Part shown: positions 14,200-43,200 of the stretch, in pieces
Numbering within the stretch: the first letter of the stretch is position 1
Layout: every line of letters starts with the position of its first letter
Assembly (NCBI GenBank): GCA_002633005.1
Contig: NMRA01000012.1
Span: 124,001 to 188,000 of the forward strand
Origin: Phoronis australis
Lineage: Eukaryota > Animalia > Phoronida
DNA: 64,000 nucleotides
Reading direction: 5' to 3'
Notes under the pieces: generated by a model
Told to the model about the DNA's origin: nothing
The model's input: the letters and a program-made list of their open reading frames with translations, nothing else
The model's database searches: none
Translations under genes and position numbers: made by a program

Positions 14200-15000
14200 A
14201 CACTTACTGTCGCCGCAAAGCCACTATTTCGACACTGGGTACAGATCCTCCAAGGGCGGATCCAGGATTTTTTAAAAGGGTGGTTGGATAAAAGATTTTT
14301 TAAAGGAGATCCAAGTCAACATAGATTTGATATCAGTGAAATCAAGGGAAAAAAGGGGGGGTCCGGACCCCCTTGATCCCAACCCTCCACCTCCCCTGGA
14401 TCCACATTTCAGTGAGACTTTAGCCGCATTATCAAAATAGATCCCTGTGAAAGAAACACAAGTTGCAGACAGCGGTATATCCACGGTACCAGTCAAACTT
14501 CAAAAATACCACAGTTGAAACGCCACTACTTCATTACCGCGCATACGGGTGCTTGATCATTTCAAACAGATACCGTGGGTGTAGTACAGTTGTTTCACAT
14601 TGTACTCTTGTGTTCTCATGGCTCAAATGGTACACCTTTCCTCTTTTCTTCAAAATGCGTTTTTTCGGTCGCAAAACCAACTGTACTATCTTTTTAAGAT
14701 TTAAGAGGTGAATGTTGTGCCATCTATTGAGTGAAATGAACACCGAGGAGACAACTTTCGCGCTATCTGACGTCACTGCTTTTTGCTGTCCACACTTCCG
14801 CCGTGTGTCCCTTGTATTGCTGTCCCCTGTGCGACGAGTGCACATACTGGGCGTGAACTTGGAATCCTGCTTAATCTCAAGATCGCGTATGCGTGAACTT
14901 GGATTTTGACATTCAATAAGGCAAAAAGGTGAAATTTTTGTTCGGTGAAAAGAAATTTTGTAATTATTGGCCTCGCGATCAACCATTTCCTCCTTTACCG
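14200..15000. promoter_or_regulatory. Putative bidirectional promoter (unknown minus-strand gene / PYCR)
   Basis: CpG-enriched; CRE TGACGTCA at 14768-14775; ETS ACTTCCG at 14794-14800; minus-strand donor ACA|GTAAGT at 14207. The PYCR ATG follows an acceptor, implying an upstream non-coding exon. Confidence 0.45.
14253..14404. mobile_element. Short GC-rich dispersed repeat (MITE-like)
   Basis: Termini GGGCGGATCCAGG ... CCCCTGGATCCAC with an internal G-run / GGACCCCC. Confidence 0.55.
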
Positions 15001-15338
15001 TAACTTGTGTCGCTGAACTGGAGGAATATGTGAATGGCTGAATCCATTATTTTTTGGTGAAACTGATCGCCCGTAGTTGAAAAGGTTGGTTAAAATTGAC
15101 ATTATGTTATTCAAATGTAACTTATTCGGTACAGTGCAATTTTTATGAACACGAACGTGATTATTTGAATGAGCTTGTCAAGTTGCCTCGCGCATTCCAA
15201 ATTCACTCAACACTCACTTCTGCTTAATCTTAAGATTAAGCAAGATTCTAAGTTGACGTACAATACACACTTTAGTCAAAAGTTCATTCAGCTGTGATAT
15301 CTTAGGATATTGATCCGTTTTGTTCTCTAAAATTTCAG

Positions 15339-30960
<15,622 letters not shown>

Positions 30961-31373
30961 CTTGGCAATATCAGTATCAGTATCAGTATCACTTTTTTAC
31001 ATTTGCTTTGGTGTCAGGGTGATCGGTAACAGGCTAAAAAAGCATGTTTGATTCTGGTCTCCACCCAGACTCACTTTGAGACCTGCGCTCAATGACTGAA
31101 AAAAGAAAAACATGCCCACCTGCATCAATTTCGGGGAAAGGCTGGAATGTTATTTTTCACATACACAAGGGTAATCATGATTTGCCACGTGATGAGTAAA
31201 AAAACAAGTCCCTCGTCATTTTTTGCTCGTTTCGCGTGGATTTTCTTTTTTGAAATTTTGAGCAATTAAAAATACTGCAACACTGCCTTGATTTTCCAAA
31301 AAATGAAGACAAGTACCAACTAATGTTTTTTTTACCTTATGTAAACAACATTCTTTTGGCATTATGAGAAATA

Positions 31374-31539
31374 CAGTACAACTCGCGTAAGTTATGTTCA
31401 ACTGCACCATCCATGTAATGCAAAATCCGACTTATCTGAAGGGCAGTGGGCACAAACTAGATCATCCATAGTGTGGAACTTGGTCTGATTTAAGCAAAAA
31501 TCCAACTTAATGAATGTCCAACTTACGCGAGTTTTACTG
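31374..31539. mobile_element. Tc1/mariner-type MITE downstream of the PYCR stop codon
   Basis: TA|CAGTACAACTCGCGTAAGT ... ACTTACGCGAGTTTTACTG|TA; same family as 44461-44629. Confidence 0.8.
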
Positions 31540-33922
31540 TAGCAGCTGAATAATGGGACCATTTTGTCAGACAAAAAGGAACACGATTCATTCATAGACA
31601 TGCACTAATGCATGTGCCAGTCCTGTTTTTATTCTTGCGTCTTGAAGACTGTTGCTGATGATTCTTCCACTTATTCAATTTTAGACCTTCGCTTCTAGAT
31701 TAGACTTTGAAAGAGTTTAGATTTCCGTTTTCATGCACCACATGTGCTTTCCTGTGTTCTTGTCTAGTGAACACAATTCCATTCCCTCGAACTGTATTTA
31801 TTTTTCTCACACAACTGTACCTTTCCTGCAAGTATGTTCCCATTCACATCACTTTTGACCGACTTCATGAAACAATCACTTGTGAGAAAGAAAATGTGGT
31901 TCATGAGAAAATAACAAAAGACTGTTTTGTGTGAGAAATATCTGTAGGTAATAATGGTGGTTCAGTTAGTGAGGGACTGGCTACCCAGTAGTTCTGCAAT
32001 ATGGAAATAAATGGTTCAAGGGAAAGGGGAGATTTGAAATTCACTAGGTGTTACAGGTACAATGAGGGTCCTACTGGTAGAAATGCCTGCATTTAGATGA
32101 CTATGTAAGACCTTTTATTGGATACTGATGAAGTGTTTTCTGCTCTCAATCTATTTAACTGTTGAAACGGCGACCTTTCTTTGGCAACACCAAGCACCAC
32201 CTAGTGAGCATTGAGTCACTCATTTTGCTATGCAGATGTAGAACAGCTCACAGAGCTGGTGTAGGGCATATCACTGGAGCCACAAGATCCTCACTTGTTG
32301 GTCAGGAGGCATTTTGTACACAGACAGTCTACTAGATCTGGGGCCCGTTTCTCAGAGGGTATTGGCTGTTTTTTTTGTCTTTAGTGAAGTCTGAAATCTG
32401 GTTACAAATAGCCATGTGTAGATTTTTTGTTTTTTGCATTTCTCGTAATATTTCATCTGGTCTATGTGAGCAGAAAACAGATTTAGAACTGTGATTTGGC
32501 AGATTTTACGACTATCAATCTTAGTTCGATTTTCATGAAACGGGCAAAGCCGTACTTAGGTTTTCCAAGAAACCAGCATCTAGTGCATGGCTAAAGTATT
32601 CGGACAAAATGACCTGGAATTGCTGGTCACCATGGTTGGGCACAAGCCAAATTCATAGTCTGTCAAAAGTTCAAATGAAGGAATTTCCATGAAAGATAGC
32701 AGGGTTAATTAGAACAGATCATTGTCAGTTATTTCTGCTGTAAGCATGGCATACAAACAGTGTTGCATGCCATCACTTGTCTTATCATGTAAAGAGTAAG
32801 CTGTTGTATACAATTACTTGTGGCTTGTACCTAATGTGTTTACTTCATTGATATGTATACATAAAAATCTCATTAAAAATACAGCATCGGTAAAATTTGT
32901 TACATGTTGGCAGTTTTTTTACTCCAACTCCAGACTTAACCATCTTGTCATGTGCACAAACAGATGTAGAGACTTGTATTGACAGTTCATGTGGGAAGAA
33001 AGCAGAAATGCTTAGTAAACTCATCCACGTCCCTTAGGTAATACTTTGCATATACTGTGAGCGCATAACGCACAATACACCAAAAACATGAAAAAGACTT
33101 GCCATGTCCATCGCAAAATTCAGGCAAGGCACACTTTTAAACAAAAAGTTATACATTTACACATAATTATTGCTTGGTGTGTTATAAACAGATTATATAA
33201 ATTACAAAAAAACAATTTTGTTATTGACTGTGGTTAAAGGGTCTGTGAGTCAGACATGCACATTGTCATGGTCATGATGAGTTCTTGCTAGACATTTCCC
33301 TTACAAGAACAAAGTCACGCATGTACAAGGTTGACGGGACAGGTAATTGAGTGTGCCTTCTAGCGATCAAACTGAGGGAAACACCTTACATGCAGGTTTC
33401 AAAACTTGATATAATTACAAAACAACACACACTGGTGTTGGCTTATGTGGTAAATCCATAGTTGCCATAATTAACCTATGAATAAAGGACAGAGAAGACC
33501 CAAGTTGTTGACAATTGACCTGCAGATCATCAAGTTTGACAGGTGAGAAACCATGAATGACGGAACAAGATTATGTTTTGAAGGGCATTTTCTTCCAGAC
33601 TTTTGACATGCCCAACTCGGAGTCAATGGAGTTATTTTAAGTCTTAATTTTAATGCCAACTTTGAAAACTTGAGGGTGCCAGACATTTTGCGGTCTCCTG
33701 AAAAAAAAACGTGCAGAACTACACACCCCCAAAAAGCCTGATGTTGTTCAAGTTTTTGAATGACTGGAACCATTGTACATTGTATAATTGTACTTTGTCC
33801 AGATGAAAGCTCACAAGTGGTAAGTTTTCATTTCACATCCATTTGAAATTACACATTATGGGCCTCCAAACATGAACTCGATATTATTCAATGTAAACAA
33901 TCTTTTCCCTGCTAAAACATTC

Positions 33923-33928
33923 TTTATT
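33923..33928 (-). terminator. Candidate RAD21 polyadenylation signal AATAAA
   Basis: TTTATT on the + strand ~350 nt downstream of the RAD21 stop. Confidence 0.45.
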
Positions 33929-34279
33929 GTAAAAAGGCAAAAATAAGATTTCAGGACTACATTACAAAAGATAGACTATGGTTTAAAAAAGTACGGTTTA
34001 AATAAGAGTGTGAGAGATATCCAGTATTACCTAGGAATTATCTAGCACAAGTTCATGTTCTAGTCAAATAAAACTATGATTTCAAATGAAGTTCAGTTTG
34101 GTTCTGCAAAATACAACATAGGCTTTAAAAGACATAAGATTTACATTTACATAAAAATGAACACCAAGTGTAATAATTACTCAAGGCTATTGAGAAAGCG
34201 CTTGCCGACTTGCATGAGAAAGAGTAACCGGCAGTCTGTCATAATTCACACCATGCTTCTTCCCACTCTAGCAAGAGTT

Positions 34280-37200
34280 CTAGTAGACTGTCTCAAATCT
34301 CGGTCCTTTGCTGATCATAATCTCTGCGTACGGTTCAGCCTGCGCCACGCTAACCGCTTGTTGTTTCTGCAGTACGAGAAACGTATAAAACTTAGAAGCT
34401 GCTTGCTTTCTGTTGTTGCCCCTTGTCAGCTCCTTGAAGCCTATCGTCTTCTGCTTCTGCAGGACCCTTGTCAGCGTCAGTAACATCTGTTGTGTCCTCT
34501 TGTTCACACGGGCTTCTTCCTGAGTGCTGTCTAAAGCTTCACCCTCGATATCCTCAATAGGCTGAAATAAGATACGAATGTATTTACGATGTTGGGACAA
34601 CCATAACCATGCATATCTGAATTTATTTGGATTTTCAGTATCCACTACCATAGTGTGAATAAGTGGACAATAGACCCGCAAAACCTGTTTTGAAGTTAAT
34701 ACCACCAATATTCAATACTAAACCACAACAACGAAGTAATGTTAAATGTCGCACTCGCATGAGTATGTTTAAGCTGACCCATATAAGTGGATGTGAACTA
34801 AAGAGATCTACTTATGTCTTGAACAATTGCCAAACCAAGCAGAGAATTTTTGAAGTCCTACAGTTGAACTATTGTTTCAACAAACATCAAAGTACCTTCA
34901 AACTCTGCACGGTAAAATGATAGTTCGCTGTAACCAGAGTAGACTTACATACGTTAGGTGATATCGGAACACATGTACATTTTATCACTGCTAACATTGT
35001 GATATGAGTACACTGTAACAATATTAAATTGTTTTGGCTTTTAATGACGACATACTTTGCAACAAAAACAGGGAAAATTCCTGTCTATCCTCAATCTTGA
35101 CTTTTCTAAAATTGGCAAATGTCTAGTACAACGAGCACAGCACAGGCCAATCTTGCTCACCTGTTGTACTGAGACCTCTGCAGGTAATGGCTCAAGTTCA
35201 GCGGGCACCTCAATTTGAGGTGCTTCAAAGTCAACAGGCGGAACCTGGACACTGGGCATCTCAGCAGACTTCTCCTGCAAACAGAAGATACAAAACCATT
35301 GACATGCACCAACGAGCAGCATGCATTCAATGAAATAATGCGTTCAACGAGCAACACAGCAAGAGCGGATTGAATAAGAAGTTGGATATAATTCTATTTT
35401 GTGACGAGTATGTGAGATAGCATTGCGAGTAATCCGAGTCATTCCACTGGTTTGTAAATCTTGATTGTCACGGTAGGAAATTCCAGGGAAGACAAACTGC
35501 TCTGAGACGATCCCCTCCCAGACAGACTAGGCTGAAACATGCATTGCTCTCTGTTCACGTGGTGTTAGAGAGTTGGACAACATGCACTGCATACTGTTCA
35601 CTTGGTATTTGAGAGTAGGAAAACGTATACTTCACTCTATTAACATGGTGTTTGGGAGCTGGAAAACACCTACTAAAAACTGTTCCATACTCAACTAACT
35701 GACCTGTAATGATTTATCAGTTTGCCGCGTTGACCTAGTTGACGTCTCAGCCAAGGTGGAAGGCTCCTCGATTATAGTTGAATATTCTTTCTGTGGAACA
35801 AGTTCCCCTGAAGAAAACAAATTTGAAAGAACTGAAGTGACAAGGCATTTTGCGAAGGCACCAAAAGGGAAAGTGATCACAAGAGAACTGAAAAGAATAT
35901 CCCCACTTCATAACTTGACCTACAAATCACTGAAGCAGTTGATGTAACCTAGAATCTACAGCTCAATTCAGGTTCAAATAGTTAAAACTACTCAAAACAT
36001 ACGGTTCTGTTCATGAAACTCGAGATGCAAATGCACCACCAGGAAAACTAACTGAGCTAATGGTCCATTGCATATGCCAAGAATGAATGCTGATCCCTCA
36101 CTGATTTATACAGTAAACACTTCGGAATGCATCCAGTCACTGAAGTATAGAGGGGATGATATAAGCAAAAGTCCGCTTCACACATGACCAGAGAGTTAGG
36201 ATTAAGAACTAACAAGACAATGAAGGACTAAACATTGTAACAACTGTTCTACCTCTACAGGCACAGCTCCTGCACTATCCTTACCAGCAAACGGGTGCTC
36301 GTCATCACGTGCCAGTTCTGGTGGATCTAGCTGTAAACTATCCTGAAGTTCTTCTCGCTCTTCCCATTCCTCCAGGCCACGAGTGACAAGATTACGTACA
36401 AACATCTGCAATGGACCGAGTGGACTTGATGTAGAATATAGAGGACTGAGACAAGGTACAAGACTTACATTTGGGCTTACTGTCAACAGTATGGTTTGTT
36501 GAAGGGAATGATTTAATCATGCAACTACCAATATCTATTAAAGAAGGCAAGGAAATGACAATCTATCGCATCTACCCCACCCCCACTGGTCTGAAAATGA
36601 ACCGGGGTAGAGACCATACGCAACTTCGGTGGTTTTTTGGCCTAACAGCATTTTGGTGCATAAAGCATTGTACATGAAAGTTTCATATGTATCCAATCAA
36701 CCATTTCTGAGATATGACATCACAGATATGATATCACGAAGCTGACCAAAGTTGAAATTCTTCTAAGGACCACCATAACCCTAAAAAACATGTCTATGGT
36801 GAACAGGAGGACAGAACACCAAACATACTGTCACTTCAGTCTGGACAAAACAAGCAACACTACCATAACTTACCTTAGCCAAGAACTTGGAGGGAATCCT
36901 TCTGCCAGATAGTGCAAACAGTTTCTCCACTCCGCCCGTTTCTTTCCAGTGCATCAACTTCTTGGTAGGTGGTGCCAGGTCCAGTGTGGTGACAATGTCG
37001 GATGAGTCGGATAGTTGTAGCTTCATGCTCTCACTAGGAATACCCTTCTGTTCATCCACTATCAGCTTCCTCTTTCGCTTGGCTTTCCTTTCACCAGCAC
37101 CTGTTTATAGTTGGATACAATTTAAGGACTTCAGCAATCAACCAGCAACAACAGAGAAACACACTACACGTCCAAGATACTCAAACTGGACTTTCAATGA

Positions 37201-40200
37201 AGTAAAGAAAATGCTAGAAATTCTTAAACAATGACATTAGCAGCCACACAAGTAAATGTTGATGGAAGCATTCATCAAGGCTGATCCACAACAAAAATTC
37301 ATATTTAAGCTTTAGCACAACGTGGCCACAAACCTGGGGTGACAGTGACATCTAGTGGTTCCAAGGCAAATGCCTCCTCTACATTAGACATTAGAGTGGT
37401 CTGTTCACCAGTGCGCATGGCGCTGGTCTCCACAGTCGTATGTTCCTCTTCTCGGGGCAGTTCAAGAGGTCTTTCCTTCTCGGCTGAAAGTGTTAAACAA
37501 ATGTAACAATAACTATATATTGAAAAGCATTAACATTAAGAGACGAAACTCTCAGAGCCAAATCCTGTTGAAACAAGTCCATCATTACTGCTATTATATG
37601 CCATCTTAGCAAATTAAAATTTATTGAAATAGAAGAGAGGTCGACTTGGATGAACAAAACTCTTCCAGTAACACAGTCAGTGCACAACAAACACTGTACA
37701 CTCTTAAGCACAAAAGGTCATTCCATAAACTGTATTCTGGGACTTGAGTTATAAATTTGTTGACTGGTAAGATATTTACTCAAAATTTTTATTCAATACC
37801 TTTGAGGTTTTGCCACAGTTAAGCAATGCTCAGGATAATACTTGGCTCGTGAATGTTTTGCTGAGTTATTCCCACACTTAACGATTCACGGCCAAAGTAT
37901 TTTCATACACAGACCAACCCACCTTCCTTTTCAGGCATCTCTGATGGCTGGATCTCTGGAACCATGCAAACCTCAGCCATAGGCGCAGCATCTTCAAATA
38001 GGCCACCCCCATCCATGCTGAAGGCATCACCTAGAGACAAGGACACGACAGCTCACTTGACAAATGTTCATTAGGTAGACAACAGGGTGGAAATCATGAA
38101 CAATGATAAATAAAAACTACGGAGTCTAGTTAAACACGTAATGCACTCTGACTTAGTGATACTTAAACATCATAAAGCACGTGATCCTCTTTTAAACAAA
38201 CAAGATCATCTGCATTTACTACAAATGAATGTACATTTCCACATACTTAAGTAGCTGCACATCAGAAAGAACTTTGCACAATTACTAACTTAAAAGACCA
38301 ACATGGTGTTATGCCTACTATCAACACAATGGCAAAGAAATAAGCGCGCTACTGTCAGCAACGCAACAAAGAGCACATTTGGAAATGAGGTTCAAAAAAC
38401 CCCAATCAAAGTTCTTTCAAGAGTGTTTTGCAATTCTTGCTCATAAATAGACAGTAGTAATGCAAAACGATGAAATGTGCCATCAACTGCAAAGCAAACA
38501 GTTTGCTCCCAGGAGTATTCATTAGTATTAAAATGTTACAATTAGATTTAGTTGGCCACTATTAGGATTTTCCGTAGATAAGCCCGTGTCCGTGTACTCG
38601 GAAAATGAAAATTTTCAGGCATTTTAGTAGCACCAAATAAACACCCGGGCGTTTCTTCACAAAGGAGGGCGTGTAAACAGAAAGCCATGGTTTTGTTGAC
38701 GTTTTTTACTTAAAACTGTGTTTTTAAATTTTATATTAATAAATGCATAGTTCGCAAACACCTTGTTCGTTTTTATAAATGATAAATGCTCCACAAAACA
38801 GAATATGTGACAAAAAGTTGACGCTGTATGGGCTTTTAAGAGAAAAATTTCCGACTAAACGCCCAGGGGCGTTTCATTGGGTGATTTATCTAAGGAACAT
38901 CCTGGCGTGACATCAAAGCTGTAGCATCAAGGTTCATCACAAAAATCAATAGGTGACATTTTCTTTTTTAAAATTATGGGCAAGATTTTTTTCTCAAGTT
39001 TTTGACCCCTAAAAGGGTCATTAAAATATATCAATTTCATCTCAGTTGACCACTAAAGCCTCACCACAGTAAACCTCACATAGGTCCAAGACACACACGT
39101 TGATTTTCTACAAAAGTTCTGCAATCGATCCTCTAATAAAGGCCTATGTGCAAGTCGTACTTCTTTTGTCAATCTTCCAATCTTCACTTAACTCCAACAA
39201 AATGTATGGGCCAATTAACTCAATTTCCCCATTTTTACCTCTCACTAAATTGCGGGCTTATGCAGTACTTAACTCTTCCCAAACACTAGACAAAATTTAT
39301 TCCAAGATAGCCAACCACAACAATGCACGTGTAGCCTCGACTCATTTTACATCCTGTATGGTGACCCAGATGGGCAGAACTTTTAACCTGAATGAGATGT
39401 AAACCCCCACGAATTGCCCAAGATGGATTTGTGAAAGGATTCTGCTTTCCTTAATCATAACTGGGTCAAATGCATAGCGCACTTGACCCTGAAGACAACT
39501 TGAATACCACCTTTCTAGGATTAAATTTCTAGGTGTAGTTGGATATAACTTACAACTTGCTGTATTGGCCAAGAAAGTGAAATACACCTCTTATGTGTGG
39601 TCAAATATTAACATACTTTTAAAGCATACGACTGAACGAAGGCACCACAGTTGGCAATAAAGTTATCCAACAGAACTCAAACACATTTTCAAAAGAAATT
39701 GCCAAAGGATCTTTTTGGACACAAATTTACTTCGCAAAAAATGGATGCTTCTAAGGGGTGCTTTTGATAATAGCGGTATCAATACCAACAACTGCTTTAT
39801 CCGTTTCAAAATAAAAAACATATACATTTAATGATACACAAATCATTACCGAACAACTCGTGGTCGACATCACCACCAAAATTGTCTTCATTGTCATCGT
39901 CTGAGGAGTCACCGCCCACTGCTGTTAGTGTCAAATAAAACAAGTGAGCAAAGAACTGTAGAAACAGAATGCAACAATAACACAACATTCAGCACAAACC
40001 CGACAGCAGCAAGTTAACTGAAAGCACACAAACGTTTCTCAGATTTTAAGCAAGATCTGCTGAGGAATCATACAGCAAAATTCAATTTATCTAGTCTGAG
40101 CACATAACACCCAGCTAATCAAAGTAAAACATACAACAGGTCATAAAAACAAACTTATCTCTACATAAAGGAAACGGGGTGTTCATAAATTGCAGACTGC

Positions 40201-43200
40201 TTTTAAAGCCAAGTTGCTTTTCAAAGTTTGAAAATGGACCAATTCCTTCTGTATTCATTTTTAAAATGCTGAAAAGTCTTCTAAGGGCTAAACTTTCTTA
40301 AATTTTACCCTCGGATATAAATACAGCATGAATGACTCAACTGCATGAAAACGGGCTAAACGTTACTCTTTTGTACTCATCCAGTTTTCATCAACATTAT
40401 ATAAGGATTAATAAACATGACCAGCACCTTGACACCATAGCAACAGATTACATACCCATGAAGCCCTCTCCCTCGTCTCCAAAGCCATCATTCTTCATGC
40501 TCCCTCCAAACTCATCCACATCCATAGGCTTCTCACCACCACTCTTGTCACCATCCACAAACGTCACGTTGGATGAATCAGTGTTCTTATACAGAGACTC
40601 ATTGTTGGCAGGATCGCGCAGGATCTCACGGCCGTCATCAAAACCATAGTCACCTGAAAATGACGACCGATGGTAAGAAAACAATTGGCAAATCCAGTAA
40701 TACAGGCCAAACCTTGAGAGTCCAAACCATTACATTCACAACTGTCTATATTCAGTCCAACGTTTGAGGGCAACTTTCCAGAAACACAAAAACAATGTTT
40801 AGAGACTACCACGATAAACTCTCACCAATTTCGGACAAAAATTAGCCAAAATTACTCTTTACTCTTTTTTCAACATCTTGTAAAATGATTGTTAATGCCT
40901 ACTACTTTTCAAAATATAGGTTGACTAGCGCTAACCCGAGGAAGTTGCGAGTTGAGGTAATGACAGTGTTACTCGAGACTGGGGAAATTGGGTTTTGTGT
41001 TCATTAACTGCCTTTGACTTCAGAAATTCAAATGACTTGAAAATGTATACTACCAGATAAGATAGAAAGCACGTTGCAGGAAGGCAGAAATTATTTGGTC
41101 TCATCAACTCCTACCAGGCCCTGGTCAATAACTACTAATTGAAAACAATTTCTGTCCCCAACCAATTATCTTAAGGTAGGTGGATACACAAAAAAAATAA
41201 TTTTGACTGTTTTTTACATTTTTATGTCATCCTAATCTTTAATTCTTGATGCACAGTATACTGAAGAAAAATAAAATCATTCTGAAAATCCAAAGTTGTT
41301 TTTTTAGCTATATTTGACCAAGCCTCAGTAAGTCGTATGGCTTGAGTGCTCACCAGCTCAGTGATTGACAACTNTTGATGATGATCCCTGTGCATTTTGA
41401 AAAAAAATTCGAGGTAAAATTGGATTTTTTGAAAATTAAAAAATACGATTTTTTAAAAAAACGAACTACAAAAATAACTTTTTTTTTCGATTTTTGTCAC
41501 TTTCAGAGTCATGTCTAACTAGTTAAAACTCCCTTTTTACTCATTTTAATTAGGAACCTGGAGATTTGATCAGTGTATACACCTACCTTAATTCCCACAA
41601 GAAAAATAATTTTTAATCTACTCATCATGAAAGTTACAGGTATGAATCAGCTGAAAATCTCAACGCTACACATCTCTTATGAAAAAGGCAGAAAATAAAA
41701 TGTCACTTGTCTGACATACTGCGTATGAGATTACTCAGATTATATCACACTTGTGCACGTCACATCTTGCTGTTTGTGGAAAGTTCAACTCTTGAAATCA
41801 ATAATTCATCACATTAGTGCATACCATAACAGCAGCATGTGTTAAAACAACATTAATTGAAGCATGCATTAGTAAAGAAACATCAGTGATTTACAAGTTA
41901 CAATGCAGTAATAACTGATAGTACTGTTACAACAACTGGTTAAAATAAACATACAGAAAATGTGAAACAAAATGAGGAAAAGTTAGAAACACAGGAAGAC
42001 AGAGTTTTAGAAAATGTAATTTTTGTGCATTTCACAAAGCATAACCCTCACTCACCTGTCCACTGAGAGGGTAGTATTTTGGATGAGGAAAAAATGTAGG
42101 AATTGGACTAACCTACGTGGCAGGGGTGTCAGGTAGTGAACCCAGCACTCACATGAAAGACTTTTTGTGCTCAATACTATGTGATCACATAAATTCAGAT
42201 TCTGCTCTCCACATCAAAGCTGTAAACACTGGAAAAGCACAACTCAAGTGAGAATTTTTCTAAGTTAATAAAACCTGAATCTGTGAATTAAGTGATTCTA
42301 ACCAGGGTTCCCCCTAGATTTGAAAGGAGCGTGGTGGTGAATGGCCAAAACGGGGTGCAAAGCCCGTTGCCGCACGCGAACATGAGAAGTGGTATCCCCT
42401 ATTGCCTGGGTTTCGAAAGGAGCGTGGTGGTGAATTCTTGACGTGGATGAGGAACCTGGCGCCACATGCGAACATCATGTAGTGGAAGTATTTGGGCAAA
42501 GGATACTTAACAAGACAAATTGGCAATGAAGAGTCTGGCATAGTGAGATCTCTGTTGAGACACAGTTGTAGATGCACTTGTTTTGAGTACAAAAAAGTGT
42601 TACTTTAGCGAGCCCTGGCGCTTCCCCATTTTAGAAAATTCGCATCACGGTCGTTGCCTGTTTCCCGTCAGTATTAAGTTGATGTGCACTGTTGAATAGC
42701 CAGGCAGAGACGAGGTACGAAAGGGGATTGAATGATTGTGTTTAACGGTGCCGCAATTCAAGATCCCATTGTAAAATTATTATTTTTCCCTTTTGATTCA
42801 CAAACGGCGAAAGGTGCCGTGTGACTTGTACTTATTCACTATAACTAGCGATCATTTTTACTTGGGATTCATTTTACAAGCGATCACTTTACTAGCAATC
42901 ATTTTTACTAGCGATCATTTTTACTAGCAATCACTTTTTACTAGTGATCATTTTTACTAGTGATTTTTGTGTGGCGGTGAAGTTTCCCCGTCACGATTAG
43001 GTGTGTTTCAGTCAATTTGAGTATGATTCACGAGTGGCGGGGCCAAAAAGGAGCATGGCGGGCCACCCAGAAGTTTACACGCAGGGGAAACCCTGCTAAC
43101 CACGAGGGGAATTTTTTCGCTTGATGAGAAACTTCATGTGAGTTTTAAGATTCATTTCAGAGGAGATGGGGCATGGAGGACCTCACAAAGCAGGATTGGG

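Noticed and set aside
14534-14986. 150-aa minus-strand ORF in the promoter region
   Set aside because: No recognisable domain, non-ATG start, and it lies in a CpG-enriched promoter where chance ORFs are common
34076-34483. Plus-strand ORFs antisense to RAD21 exons (also 36887-37234, 40332-40649, 45214-45483)
   Set aside because: Shadow frames of genuine minus-strand coding exons
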